This document shows, piece after piece, positions 9,031 to 17,093 of a stretch of 64,000 nucleotides of DNA. A program made the position numbers and the translations under genes. Below the pieces are notes generated by a model that had not been told where the DNA came from, did no database searches, and worked only from the letters and a program-made list of their open reading frames with translations. This stretch comes from a virus: IMG/VR virus record IMGVR_UViG_3300035128_000113. The stretch is one strand, 5' to 3'. Every line of letters starts with the position of its first letter. The stretch's first letter is position 1.

Positions 9031-9383
9031 TCCTCAACTAAAGAACTTAAACCTCTATCGTCAGCTTCCGCTAACATATCAAAATAAATATCCGGATACT
9101 CTATACCACAACGTAGCATCTCATCGACTCCATCCTCCACCATCTCCCTGGCTATCTCTCCTTTAACCCCTAACCCTTCTATGCAAGAAATGAACCTCCA
9201 GAACCGCGCAGAACATGCTTTCCGTATATACAATATGGTATTAACCAAATGCGTGTCTGCCATGTGGCACACCCGAACTTTCCTTCCATCCCTTGTAGTC
9301 CATTCCTTGAGACGAGCTCTACCCGACCCCTTCTTCCTAGGGGTTATCACTCCTCCCTGCGCCCTCGACTTTTTTGACATCAC
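9027..9383 (-). CDS. conserved phage hypothetical protein
   Basis: WTTRDGRKVRVCHMADTHLVNTI motif. Confidence 0.65.
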   Translation of the reverse strand: MMSKKSRAQGGVITPRKKGSGRARLKEWTTRDGRKVRVCHMADTHLVNTILYIRKACSARFWRFISCIEGLGVKGEIAREMVEDGVDEMLRCGIEYPDIYFDMLAEADDRGLSSLVEE

Positions 9384-9640
9384 GCTTCACCTACGTCATT
9401 CATTCGGGATATCACTGAATGAATCCTATCTACCGAAAAATCCAATCCAAGCTTTTTAAAAATTTTGCATGACTCTACCAGAAGCTTTGGGACGGCTGCT
9501 AAAGAATACTGTTGTGCTAGAAGCTCCCATGCCACATCCATATCTTGACGACTAAAACCAAACTCATCGTGACACCCATTAATAACTCTCCGCTTACTCA
9601 CTAAAGCTATGTACTCAATATACTCATGTAAAGTATGCAT
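9380..9640 (-). CDS. hypothetical protein
   Basis: 86-aa ORF with AGGAGG RBS. Confidence 0.65.
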   Translation of the reverse strand: MHTLHEYIEYIALVSKRRVINGCHDEFGFSRQDMDVAWELLAQQYSLAAVPKLLVESCKIFKKLGLDFSVDRIHSVISRMNDVGEA

Positions 9641-9679
9641 CCATCCTCCTACCCCGAGCTGACTTTAACCCAACAGATC

Positions 9680-9788
9680 ATAAAAATAAGCTTCACACCC
9701 ATCAGAGGAAAGAAGGGAAAAACCCCTGATGCCGCCATGCCGGCTAGGGTGTGAAGCTAGAACTTCGGACAAGAATCGAACTCGTCTG
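9680..9788 (-). ncRNA. candidate structured ncRNA (T-loop hairpin + three-way junction)
   Basis: 12-bp perfect inverted repeat agcttcacaccc (9689-9700)/gggtgtgaagct (9747-9758) enclosing two hairpins; GACGAG-TTCGATT-CTTGTC hairpin; T-rich tail. Confidence 0.5.
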
Positions 9789-10202
9789 CTACCTATCGAA
9801 GCGACTTAATCCCATACGGATGTTATGGACCGCAACATAAGCTTCTCTACACTGGTTTAGATCAAAATACCCTATATGGCAATCTTTCGCAGGCAGTCCC
9901 ATCGCTTTAGCGAGCGCTTTATATGCAACTCCACGAGACATCCACTTATGCTTCCATAAGGGGTCAAATACACTATGAAGAATTCTTTTAGCCCTTCTAA
10001 GCTCATAATCTGCAAGCCTCCCCATAGGCTCATCACCAATAAACCCGTACTTGGAATTTCTCTTATGGCAACCTACCCACGCCTTGCACGGAGCGCAGTA
10101 CCAAAATCTCATATTAGACCATGGCCCAGTCCTACCATAGACCCTATCACCAGACACAAACTTCGCTCGCCCCCCACAATAAGAGCAGACCACTACTCTC
10201 AA
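9789..10202 (-). CDS. DUF3268-type zinc-finger protein
   Basis: CSYCG...WYCAPCKAWVGCH...GRLA...LHSVFDPLWK...CHIG; start uncertain (TTG 10202; track start 10313 overlaps the upstream gene). Confidence 0.8.
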   Translation of the reverse strand: MRVVVCSYCGGRAKFVSGDRVYGRTGPWSNMRFWYCAPCKAWVGCHKRNSKYGFIGDEPMGRLADYELRRAKRILHSVFDPLWKHKWMSRGVAYKALAKAMGLPAKDCHIGYFDLNQCREAYVAVHNIRMGLSRFDR

Positions 10203-10221
10203 CGAAACTAAACTACTAACC

Positions 10222-10695
10222 TCATTTGCACATCCCGCTTCCACAACATTCCCCCTTGGCCATACACTCAAATATCCTACGTTCTTCTGGGGAGGAAAAC
10301 TCATACTTAACATTATAACGGCTAAGTAGATATTTTATAATTGGAACCCCGTACATAGCGTAATTCCCCCCGTCAGCTATAAACTCCTGAGCCTCCGAAT
10401 CTTCCATTAACCAAGCCCAGTTCTTGAAATGAGACACACTTCTACTTGCCGAAATGCCCCGATGATTCACAGCCTTCTCTATAGCAAAAGGCAGATACCT
10501 CACCAACTTCCTCCGTGCACTCTCAGAACTCCTGGAATGAATCTCACCCCATTCTTCTCTCGTAACCTCTGGACGTAGCTTACTCTTCACCTCATCATAG
10601 GTCAAAACTTCATATAAATCATCTACAGTCATGCTCCCAACTAGAGTGTTCTCAATCTCTTCAATTCTTGCTAATACCTCATCTACCGTTCTCAT
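10222..10695 (-). CDS. conserved phage hypothetical protein
   Basis: 157-aa ORF; HRGISASRS...WAWL motif. Confidence 0.65.
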   Translation of the reverse strand: MRTVDEVLARIEEIENTLVGSMTVDDLYEVLTYDEVKSKLRPEVTREEWGEIHSRSSESARRKLVRYLPFAIEKAVNHRGISASRSVSHFKNWAWLMEDSEAQEFIADGGNYAMYGVPIIKYLLSRYNVKYEFSSPEERRIFECMAKGECCGSGMCK

Positions 10696-10701
10696 TTTAC
10701 C

Positions 10702-11214
10702 TCATTCACATACTGGAAAGGACCCCCAGAAATCCGAAGATAAACTCAATACCTCCTCCAAATCTTCAACAGTCATACTCTCGGGACTATAGCCAAAGTC
10801 CTCCAAATAATTTTTTTGGTCTGTAATACATGCCCCTTCCCTGCCTAAGTCACCATCGGTATCCCCATCGGTATCGGTATCCGTATCCCCATCAGTGTCG
10901 GTGTCGGTATCGGTGTCCGTGTCCGTGTCCCCATCGGTATCCCCATCGGTATCGGTATCCGTATCCCCATCAGTGTCGGTGTCGGTATCGGCAGGGGTAT
11001 CCCCATCGGTATCCCCATCGGTGTCCGTGTCCGTGTCCGTGTCCGTATCCCCATCGGTATCCCCATCGGTATCCCCATCGGTATCGGTATCCGTGGCAGT
11101 ATCGACAGGGATATCCCCCTCGGCATCGGTATCGGCAGGGGTATTCTTACCCGTTCCGCTCCCAGAACTGCACCCCAAAATCATAATCCAAATAAAACTA
11201 AACAACCTTTCCAT
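10702..11214 (-). CDS. putative lipoprotein with Asp-Thr-Gly repeat linker
   Basis: Hydrophobic leader ending ILG-C; ~95 aa of DTDTDGD repeats. Confidence 0.8.
   Translation of the reverse strand: MERLFSFIWIMILGCSSGSGTGKNTPADTDAEGDIPVDTATDTDTDGDTDGDTDGDTDTDTDTDTDGDTDGDTPADTDTDTDGDTDTDTDGDTDGDTDTDTDTDTDTDGDTDTDTDGDTDGDLGREGACITDQKNYLEDFGYSPESMTVEDLEEVLSLSSDFWGSFPVCE
10853..11135. repeat. coding low-complexity 6-nt-unit repeat (DT/DG codons)
   Basis: Runs of ccgtgt/cggtat/ccccat on + strand. Confidence 0.9.
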
Positions 11215-12007
11215 GTAAACCCTCTACTTTGTCTATCAAAGACATCTCCAAAAACCCCGGATAGCACTTAGCATTCCGGTCAACTACAGCTTTAGCCATA
11301 GCTGAAATATCCAACTTTTGACCTACAATTCTGGCCAGCCGACGAGCTACCACGCCAGGGTTCGATAGTATGTCCTCAAACCCTACTACACCCTTTACTC
11401 CCTTAGCCCTATTGAACCACTGATTAATCTGACTATAGGACTGCGCAAAGGAATCCTGCACTAATTGCAATGGCAACTCAGGCTGACCAACTATCTCACG
11501 CAAAAACTTATTAAAACTTAACGCCTGCTGAAGGGCATCCCTTTGCAAATAAATAATCTTATAGGAATACCCTACGGGTGGAAACTGCTTATAGGTATCC
11601 ACCACTTTTACTGCCTTACCCCTGCACTCCTTCCAATTGATTTTTTTTAAATCGTACTTCTCATATGCTGGGTACTTCCCCACACAAGGAAATCCACCCG
11701 CATCTAACATCTGCATAGTTAGACTTAACCCACTCCTAACACAGCCAACAACCAAAACTGTTGCCATATTTTCAACCTCCCCAAGAACCCTTGATCTCAA
11801 ACTTAGAACCCTATCCCAATCGCAAACATGGGGAATGGCTCTAGCTCCACAATCGCAACACACCAGGTAATTCGGCCTTCTATCCCAATCAAATTTCCAC
11901 CGATGAAACCTCCTCTCGCAACACTTCCGGTCGCGTTCTAATATAATTATCGGGTCGTACCCCAACCACACCCCATGCAAGACCCTATTACGCCAACAAA
12001 AACTCAT
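11198..12007 (-). CDS. sulfotransferase-like P-loop protein (strong internal start at 11767)
   Basis: VLVVGCVRSGLSLTMQML; FEDILSNP; GGAGGT RBS before ATG at 11767. Confidence 0.65.
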   Translation of the reverse strand: MSFCWRNRVLHGVWLGYDPIIILERDRKCCERRFHRWKFDWDRRPNYLVCCDCGARAIPHVCDWDRVLSLRSRVLGEVENMATVLVVGCVRSGLSLTMQMLDAGGFPCVGKYPAYEKYDLKKINWKECRGKAVKVVDTYKQFPPVGYSYKIIYLQRDALQQALSFNKFLREIVGQPELPLQLVQDSFAQSYSQINQWFNRAKGVKGVVGFEDILSNPGVVARRLARIVGQKLDISAMAKAVVDRNAKCYPGFLEMSLIDKVEGLHGKVV

Positions 12008-12270
12008 TACCCTTTACATGCCTCCTCACATGCCTCCTCACAAGCAATGCTTGCATTCGCCGTCATCACGGCCTCTCTAATAAGACGCAAAGCAACTGTC
12101 TGGTCCGCCGAAATCGGCGTGCATCGTGCAATCACTAGGGCGAACTCCTTCGCGGCATCTCGTATCTTCCCATACCTCTCAGCCTGATCGCCTTTGGGGG
12201 GATGATACGTAAACCAGTTTTCGATTTTAGTCGCTAATAACGAACCATTTGAAACATTGTCATCGTACAT
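12007..12270 (-). CDS. Acb2/Tad1-like helical-hairpin cyclic-nucleotide sponge (anti-defence)
   Basis: NWFTYHPP...RYGKIRDAAKEFA...TP.SADQTVALRLIREAVMTANASIAC resembles the Acb2/Tad1 hairpin family. Confidence 0.7.
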   Translation of the reverse strand: MYDDNVSNGSLLATKIENWFTYHPPKGDQAERYGKIRDAAKEFALVIARCTPISADQTVALRLIREAVMTANASIACEEACEEACKG

Positions 12271-12345
12271 TCTGACTCCTTCCGGCCAAATCTACTCGGC
12301 CTACGTTAATTTGGACTCAATCTGCCCTACTTGGGCAAACCACAG

Positions 12346-12474
12346 TGGGCCAAACAGGACTCGAACCTGTAATGCAGTACCTATATGGTATACAGTGTTT
12401 CGGCATTAACCGTACCCATATCGAGCAACTGCTACTCAACTTCTTCTTGCGTATACCAATTCCGCCATTGGCCC
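12346..12474 (-). ncRNA. 129-nt tRNA-like RNA with Leu-type D arm and expanded core
   Basis: Acceptor GGGCCAA/TTGGCCC; D arm GCGGAATTGGTATACGC; T arm ACAGG-TTCGAGT-CCTGT; no canonical anticodon arm; no encoded CCA. Confidence 0.7.
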
Positions 12475-12501
12475 TTAAACTTATATCCAGCTTGAAACCC
12501 T

Positions 12502-12705
12502 CTAAGCCGAACGCTGAAGATACACGATATCCCCTCGCTTACCCCTACCGAAATAATCCCCAACATCCTTAACCGAAATGGATGCCTTACCGAAATCCCC
12601 GCCCACAACCTCTAGCGCTTCTTTGGGTGTCTCTGCAATAACCAGAGCTCTTTCAAACCCCTTCGCTTCATGCCCCTCGCGGACGCTTAAATGCCATACC
12701 CGCAT
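12502..12705 (-). CDS. hypothetical protein
   Basis: Small ORF between the tRNA-like genes; start moved to MRVWHL because the track start lies in the tRNA. Confidence 0.55.
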   Translation of the reverse strand: MRVWHLSVREGHEAKGFERALVIAETPKEALEVVGGDFGKASISVKDVGDYFGRGKRGDIVYLQRSA

Positions 12706-12731
12706 AACACCCCCAATCCCATGAATATCGG

Positions 12732-12802
12732 ACAAGACGGCGGGACTCGAACCCGCAACTCTAGGAGATACTCCTTGTGCTCTACCGTTAAGCGTCGTCT
12801 TG
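12732..12802 (-). tRNA. 71-nt tRNA/pseudo-tRNA, nominal anticodon TAT (Ile), non-canonical anticodon loop
   Basis: CAAGACG/CGTCTTG acceptor; GCTT-AACGGTA-GAGC D arm; GCGGG-TTCGAGT-CCCGC T arm; AGGAG-TAT-CTCCT anticodon arm. Confidence 0.7.
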
Positions 12803-12806
12803 AAAA

Positions 12807-12856
12807 GTGGGGCGGGGAGGACTCAGTGCCCGCCGAGTTTATTCCACCCGCCCCAC
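12807..12856 (-). other. GC-rich hairpin flanked by T4 tracts (terminator or processing element)
   Basis: gtggggcggg (12807-16)/cccgccccac (12847-56) 10-bp inverted repeat. Confidence 0.5.
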
Positions 12857-12900
12857 AAAATTAGCTGGCTAGCTAAAACAGACCCTGTCTCACGGAAACA

Positions 12901-13245
12901 TCAAAGTTTGATGTACTGATGCACTTCGCCGGAACCGTTCCAACTCCGCTCTACCTCAATACGTATTAATGCCCTTTCATACCCAAAATGGCTGTATATC
13001 CACTGACCTAACCCTACCCTATACCTTGATTGATGATTAATTGCCTCCTTCTGTGCCTCTACGTCCTTCGGAGCGTATTCAAGCACTTCCACTAAACTAC
13101 ATGCTACAACCTCTTGGTCCAAAGGGACCCCGGACTCAACCACAAGATCTGTGTCACAAATCTCTTCCGCAGCTACCGGAACTCCCCAAAGAACCAGACT
13201 CAGATACAATCCAAGAAGAACCTTGCACATGAATGCTCCTTTCAC
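12901..13245 (-). CDS. hypothetical exported protein
   Basis: Signal-peptide-like N-terminus (likely start MCKVLL at 13230). Confidence 0.6.
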   Translation of the reverse strand: MKGAFMCKVLLGLYLSLVLWGVPVAAEEICDTDLVVESGVPLDQEVVACSLVEVLEYAPKDVEAQKEAINHQSRYRVGLGQWIYSHFGYERALIRIEVERSWNGSGEVHQYIKL

Positions 13246-13391
13246 TTGGACTTCTTACCCTTATCAGTATTCGCGAAAAACTCGATCTGCGCAAGCCTCT
13301 TTTCAGCTCCCCTTCGAGTCTCCCTCTTCTCTAGAAGCTTTCCATCTCGGGAGTATATCCCCCAAGAGCTCTTACCTATCCGCTTTATCAC
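13242..13391 (-). CDS. small basic phage protein (not in ORF track)
   Basis: Hand-translated GTG start with GGAG RBS: MIKRIGKSSWGIYSRDGKLLEKRETRRGAEKRLAQIEFFANTDKGKKSK. Confidence 0.6.
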   Translation of the reverse strand: MIKRIGKSSWGIYSRDGKLLEKRETRRGAEKRLAQIEFFANTDKGKKSK

Positions 13392-13402
13392 GTTAATCTC
13401 CC

Positions 13403-13606
13403 TTAAATGTAGCATGAACGCCAGAGCTCTTCGACTTTACGCTTTTGATCCAAGGTCATCTCTTCGCCGTCCTCCACAAACTCCAAGGTGTCCCGGAGGA
13501 ACTCTATGTCCTTCTCGAAAAGCCCACTGCCATCGGAGTCTTCTTCCAAGAGCTCTTCCAACTCCTCAAGCATATCCTCAACAGTCAAAACTTGTTCTTC
13601 AGACAT
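13403..13606 (-). CDS. small acidic hypothetical protein
   Basis: 67-aa ORF. Confidence 0.6.
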   Translation of the reverse strand: MSEEQVLTVEDMLEELEELLEEDSDGSGLFEKDIEFLRDTLEFVEDGEEMTLDQKRKVEELWRSCYI

Positions 13607-13650
13607 CCTCAGCCCATCCTTTCAACAGTAGCCGGCCCAAGCTCATTCTA

Positions 13651-13854
13651 TCACCCTGCCACCCCTCGAATGAAATCAATCCATTCATCCACAATAGCCG
13701 GAACAAGCGTCTCCCATCCATCCAAATCATAAATAGACAGCGTGCCCTTAACAACTTCTTCTAAATGAGACATCTGGACCACATGTGCCGCCCCACCTCG
13801 ATCCACCAAAACTACATGCTCTCTATAGTCGTCTAAATTATGTACCGTGCCCAA
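13651..13854 (-). CDS. hypothetical protein
   Basis: 67-aa ORF with RBS. Confidence 0.6.
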   Translation of the reverse strand: MGTVHNLDDYREHVVLVDRGGAAHVVQMSHLEEVVKGTLSIYDLDGWETLVPAIVDEWIDFIRGVAG

Positions 13855-13884
13855 ATTGACCCCTTCCTACCCCTCCAACTAAAT

Positions 13885-14181
13885 CTAAGCCTCCAACCTC
13901 TCTCCCTCTGTCTTAAACAGAGTGTCCAAGCTCACCGCTCTTTCCTCTTTGCTCCCGCCCATAAGACTGGCTCGATATACCTCTACCCACTTAACTTTAT
14001 CCTTGTCATCCCTAAACCATCCAGTCTTATCCAAATAAGAAATGACCTCATGACTCTCTCTAGGGGTATCAAAAGATACCAGTCTAAATTTTCTCTTGAT
14101 CATAGATATGGCGCCCTCTACCACTATACCTGAAACTACTATATACGTATAATCCAACTTCGCATTCTTAGCTTCTCTCAT
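13885..14181 (-). CDS. hypothetical protein
   Basis: 98-aa ORF with GGAGG RBS. Confidence 0.55.
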   Translation of the reverse strand: MREAKNAKLDYTYIVVSGIVVEGAISMIKRKFRLVSFDTPRESHEVISYLDKTGWFRDDKDKVKWVEVYRASLMGGSKEERAVSLDTLFKTEGERLEA

Positions 14182-14204
14182 TATACCTCCAACCCCGTGC
14201 CAAA

Positions 14205-14510
14205 CTACATGCTTAAGACTACCGCTGCCTGATATAATCCACTCTTTTTAGGCAATATCGTTAAAGAGCTGAACTCCTCGGGGGGCAACTGACCGTCAAT
14301 GTACCTAACTGTAATCATATCCCTCAATGCATGACCTCTCCTTAACCTCCACCCCATCGAAACTCCCAAAGAAGAGAGTGCATAGTCGAAGTCAAAAGAA
14401 TCCAAGACTACACTAAACACTTTTGGCCCAAATAGACCAACTCGTACACCAAATACATTGACTTCAGAATGCGTGGTCAAAGACCTTAATGTTATAGAAA
14501 CCTCTGCCAC
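14205..14510 (-). CDS. hypothetical protein
   Basis: 101-aa ORF downstream of a promoter. Confidence 0.6.
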   Translation of the reverse strand: MAEVSITLRSLTTHSEVNVFGVRVGLFGPKVFSVVLDSFDFDYALSSLGVSMGWRLRRGHALRDMITVRYIDGQLPPEEFSSLTILPKKSGLYQAAVVLSM

Positions 14511-14552
14511 TGCATGCCCCTAAAACCCATTAACCCTTAATCAATGATTAGG

Positions 14553-14581
14553 ATTCTATCAAAGCAAAAAAGAATTGTCAA
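14553..14581 (-). promoter_or_regulatory. sigma70-type promoter
   Basis: TTGACA-17 nt-TAGAAT. Confidence 0.75.
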
Positions 14582-14604
14582 TAAATATACCGTAAACGGA
14601 GTAC

Positions 14605-14847
14605 TTAGCATTTTAACTCGGCACCGTGTACGCGTTCAACATTATTCAATAGGTCACTAACATTCTTGGACAATGCCCAAAGTTTCCTTTCAGCTCGTGA
14701 CACTTCCCCTAACCAATACTCGCGGTGATACCCGCAACTCAGCCCGGCTTGCATAGTACAAATCTGAACCCGACTTTCAACCTCTGAAAAAATCTGGCAT
14801 AGCCGACCAACATTACCGATACCTTCATGTGCTTTTTCGATATTCAT
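14605..14847 (-). CDS. hypothetical protein
   Basis: 80-aa ORF with GGAGG RBS. Confidence 0.55.
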   Translation of the reverse strand: MNIEKAHEGIGNVGRLCQIFSEVESRVQICTMQAGLSCGYHREYWLGEVSRAERKLWALSKNVSDLLNNVERVHGAELKC

Positions 14848-14867
14848 AGCACCCTCCGCAATCTTAA

Positions 14868-15500
14868 TTAAATCCTACTAACCCTCCCGAGCAACTCCTC
14901 CTCCTGTAATACACTAGACTGAACGACTATTCCAGCCTTATTACGTCTTAGAACTTTAGCTGTTATTGGGTACCCGCAATCAACTCTGTGCAAACACGCA
15001 GCCTCTACCGCATCCATGGCGACACTCAATGCAGAACCTGTACCCCGTTTAGCCCCCGAGTATAACGCCCCTGAAGCCACCTCGGAACCTTCACCAACAG
15101 CACAATAACTCGAATGACATGAAATTTGCAAATCAGACTGTAGAGTAAACAACCCTACTCCGCAAGCTAACACCATCTGAAAGTCTAAGTCATTCGCATC
15201 TACCGAATGACTTACCACCTCATCGTCCATCAACCCAATAAGCAAATTCCGAAACACTCGAACATCACCCTGACTCTGAAAAGCAAAATCCCTAAATCCA
15301 TCCTCCCACACTAAGTCCCTAAACCTAAACGACCCCACAACCCCCACTAAAAACTGACTCCCCTCAGACCCCAAGACGAGAATCTTTTCCTCACTCCGAA
15401 CACAAAAACCCCCGTCGTAGTTAGCCTGCCCATCAGAAGAAACACCTATCTCGAACGACTCCCCATCCATCGACGTAATCATAGCTGCGACTACTGACAT
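14868..15500 (-). CDS. HslV/proteasome-beta-like Ntn-hydrolase
   Basis: M-SVVAA, GVSSDGQ, EKI, VGVVG, YCAVGEGSEVASGAL. Confidence 0.7.
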   Translation of the reverse strand: MSVVAAMITSMDGESFEIGVSSDGQANYDGGFCVRSEEKILVLGSEGSQFLVGVVGSFRFRDLVWEDGFRDFAFQSQGDVRVFRNLLIGLMDDEVVSHSVDANDLDFQMVLACGVGLFTLQSDLQISCHSSYCAVGEGSEVASGALYSGAKRGTGSALSVAMDAVEAACLHRVDCGYPITAKVLRRNKAGIVVQSSVLQEEELLGRVSRI

Positions 15501-15547
15501 TTAGAACTCCTTTAAGTGTTGAACCCCAAACTGTGTATCTGTCTACC

Positions 15548-16006
15548 CTAACGCCTATAGCCTATATACCTAGAAGGATGGCTTCCCTCCGGCCAATAGG
15601 CTTGCTCTCTCAACCCATAAAGGTCTCGGACTTCTTGCTTTTCTCTCAAAAGAATGCGCCTCAATTTTGACACTGAAAATATGACTGGGCTATTAGATCG
15701 ACTTCTAAAAAGCTCCCTTTGCATATCATGTACCCAACTACACGACTTCGGAACTGCAATAATATACTGCAATGAACAACCTAAACCACTACGCCCATAA
15801 TCGGGTTGACTACCCCTCGCAGCTAGGCTAAAAACATCCCCTTCTCTTGCAAAGCCGATGACCTCCACTAGACGATTAAACGCCCTGAACCCTATCGTCT
15901 CCCATCCGTCATCAACGCTCACTGTGGGCATATTTAGGACTTTGTATCCCTTCTTAGTAGGATCGTACACTCCAAACTCAAAACTGAATGAATAATCACA
16001 ATTCAT
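15548..16006 (-). CDS. hypothetical protein
   Basis: 152-aa ORF with GGAGGTG RBS. Confidence 0.65.
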   Translation of the reverse strand: MNCDYSFSFEFGVYDPTKKGYKVLNMPTVSVDDGWETIGFRAFNRLVEVIGFAREGDVFSLAARGSQPDYGRSGLGCSLQYIIAVPKSCSWVHDMQRELFRSRSNSPVIFSVSKLRRILLREKQEVRDLYGLREQAYWPEGSHPSRYIGYRR

Positions 16007-16036
16007 ACATCACCTCCTCAAACCATGTCTTCTCTA

Positions 16037-16177
16037 CTATTGGTCCCACGGAAGTGGGTCGTTATTAACCTCACTTCCCAACTCCAACTCAGCCTCGCAC
16101 CCCCTGAACGCCAAAAAAGAAACTCCAATGACTATAAACAAAACCAACAAAAGCTCTCCGAACCTAAAATCTCTCAT
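16037..16177 (-). CDS. small membrane protein (not in ORF track)
   Basis: Hand-translated: MRDFRFGELLLVLFIVIGVSFLAFRGCEAELELGSEVNNDPLPWDQ; GGAGG RBS. Confidence 0.55.
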   Translation of the reverse strand: MRDFRFGELLLVLFIVIGVSFLAFRGCEAELELGSEVNNDPLPWDQ

Positions 16178-16201
16178 CGAACCCTCCAATTAAATATCTA
16201 G

Positions 16202-16816
16202 CTACTTAACACGAACCCCAAACTGCTGCGCTTCCCTAATACTCAGTGGACGGTTCCATCTAATCAATCCAAAGATAAAATTCATAGTATCCTTCAACTC
16301 TGCCTGCACCCAAAACGGCCTCCCATAGCCATCTCTTCTTGGCTTAACTCCGGGGACCACTTTATCAATCCCCAACTTCTTCGCGGTATCCTCCTCAATC
16401 ACAGGAACCATAAATAATAAACCGTAGTCTGTAAGAGCAATGTCAATCCCATCAGGTAATCCACCAACCTGTTCTGCCCTGGCCTCCCAACCCCGCTTTA
16501 CGAACTCGGAATAAAAAATTCGTTGGTCAACAAGAATTTCCCCCGAAGCCTCCTTCGACGCTAGAACCTCTAAGAAACTTGTGTGCTGCTGCTTCTCTCG
16601 TGCCTTTTTCTCGTTCCTCTGCTTTCGTAACTCAGATGCATAAACCCAATTGTCGTATGCTATCTGCTCTAGGACTCTTGCATCCCTTGTATACTTAGGC
16701 CCTTCAAGACCCAAACAATTTCCAAGACCTTCTCCCATAAGATATGGCCTCTTCTCTCTCGGCTGCGGATTTCTGTTCCAATTTACAGCCCTTCCTACCT
16801 TACGATGTGCACTCAT
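16202..16816 (-). CDS. hypothetical protein
   Basis: 204-aa ORF. Confidence 0.65.
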   Translation of the reverse strand: MSAHRKVGRAVNWNRNPQPREKRPYLMGEGLGNCLGLEGPKYTRDARVLEQIAYDNWVYASELRKQRNEKKAREKQQHTSFLEVLASKEASGEILVDQRIFYSEFVKRGWEARAEQVGGLPDGIDIALTDYGLLFMVPVIEEDTAKKLGIDKVVPGVKPRRDGYGRPFWVQAELKDTMNFIFGLIRWNRPLSIREAQQFGVRVK

Positions 16817-16982
16817 GGTTTTTCCTTCTTTTAGTTAAACACAATCTATTTTGGATGAACCTCTAAACCCCGTATCCATACACGTAGACGTCTTCATATA
16901 CACACAATCACATCCGAAAACCTCTAGCATAAGAATATCCAACATCATAACAGGGAACTATCCTGTCACAAAAGAATAATCA

Positions 16983-17011
16983 ATAATATATCAATAGATG
17001 CAATGTGTCAA
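16983..17011 (-). promoter_or_regulatory. sigma70-type promoter
   Basis: TTGACA-17 nt-TATTAT in AT-rich intergenic DNA. Confidence 0.8.
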
Positions 17012-17093
17012 GGATCAACAATGTTTATCGGGATTAGTGTAATTATGGATTATTAGTGAAATCGACTTTAAAGATAGGTTATCTTTATTAAGC

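Noticed and set aside
9680-9788. Hammerhead ribozyme or tmRNA
   Set aside because: CTGATG is not followed by A and the GAAA order does not fit a hammerhead; too short and lacks a tag ORF for tmRNA.
10830-11218. Alternative-frame ORFs (RYPH, PMGI, SVSV repeats)
   Set aside because: Frame shadows of the DT/DG coding repeat.
12346-12474. Group I intron-containing tRNA-Leu
   Set aside because: The insertion is only ~45 nt and no splice restores a paired anticodon stem (no CTTCT partner for AGAAG).
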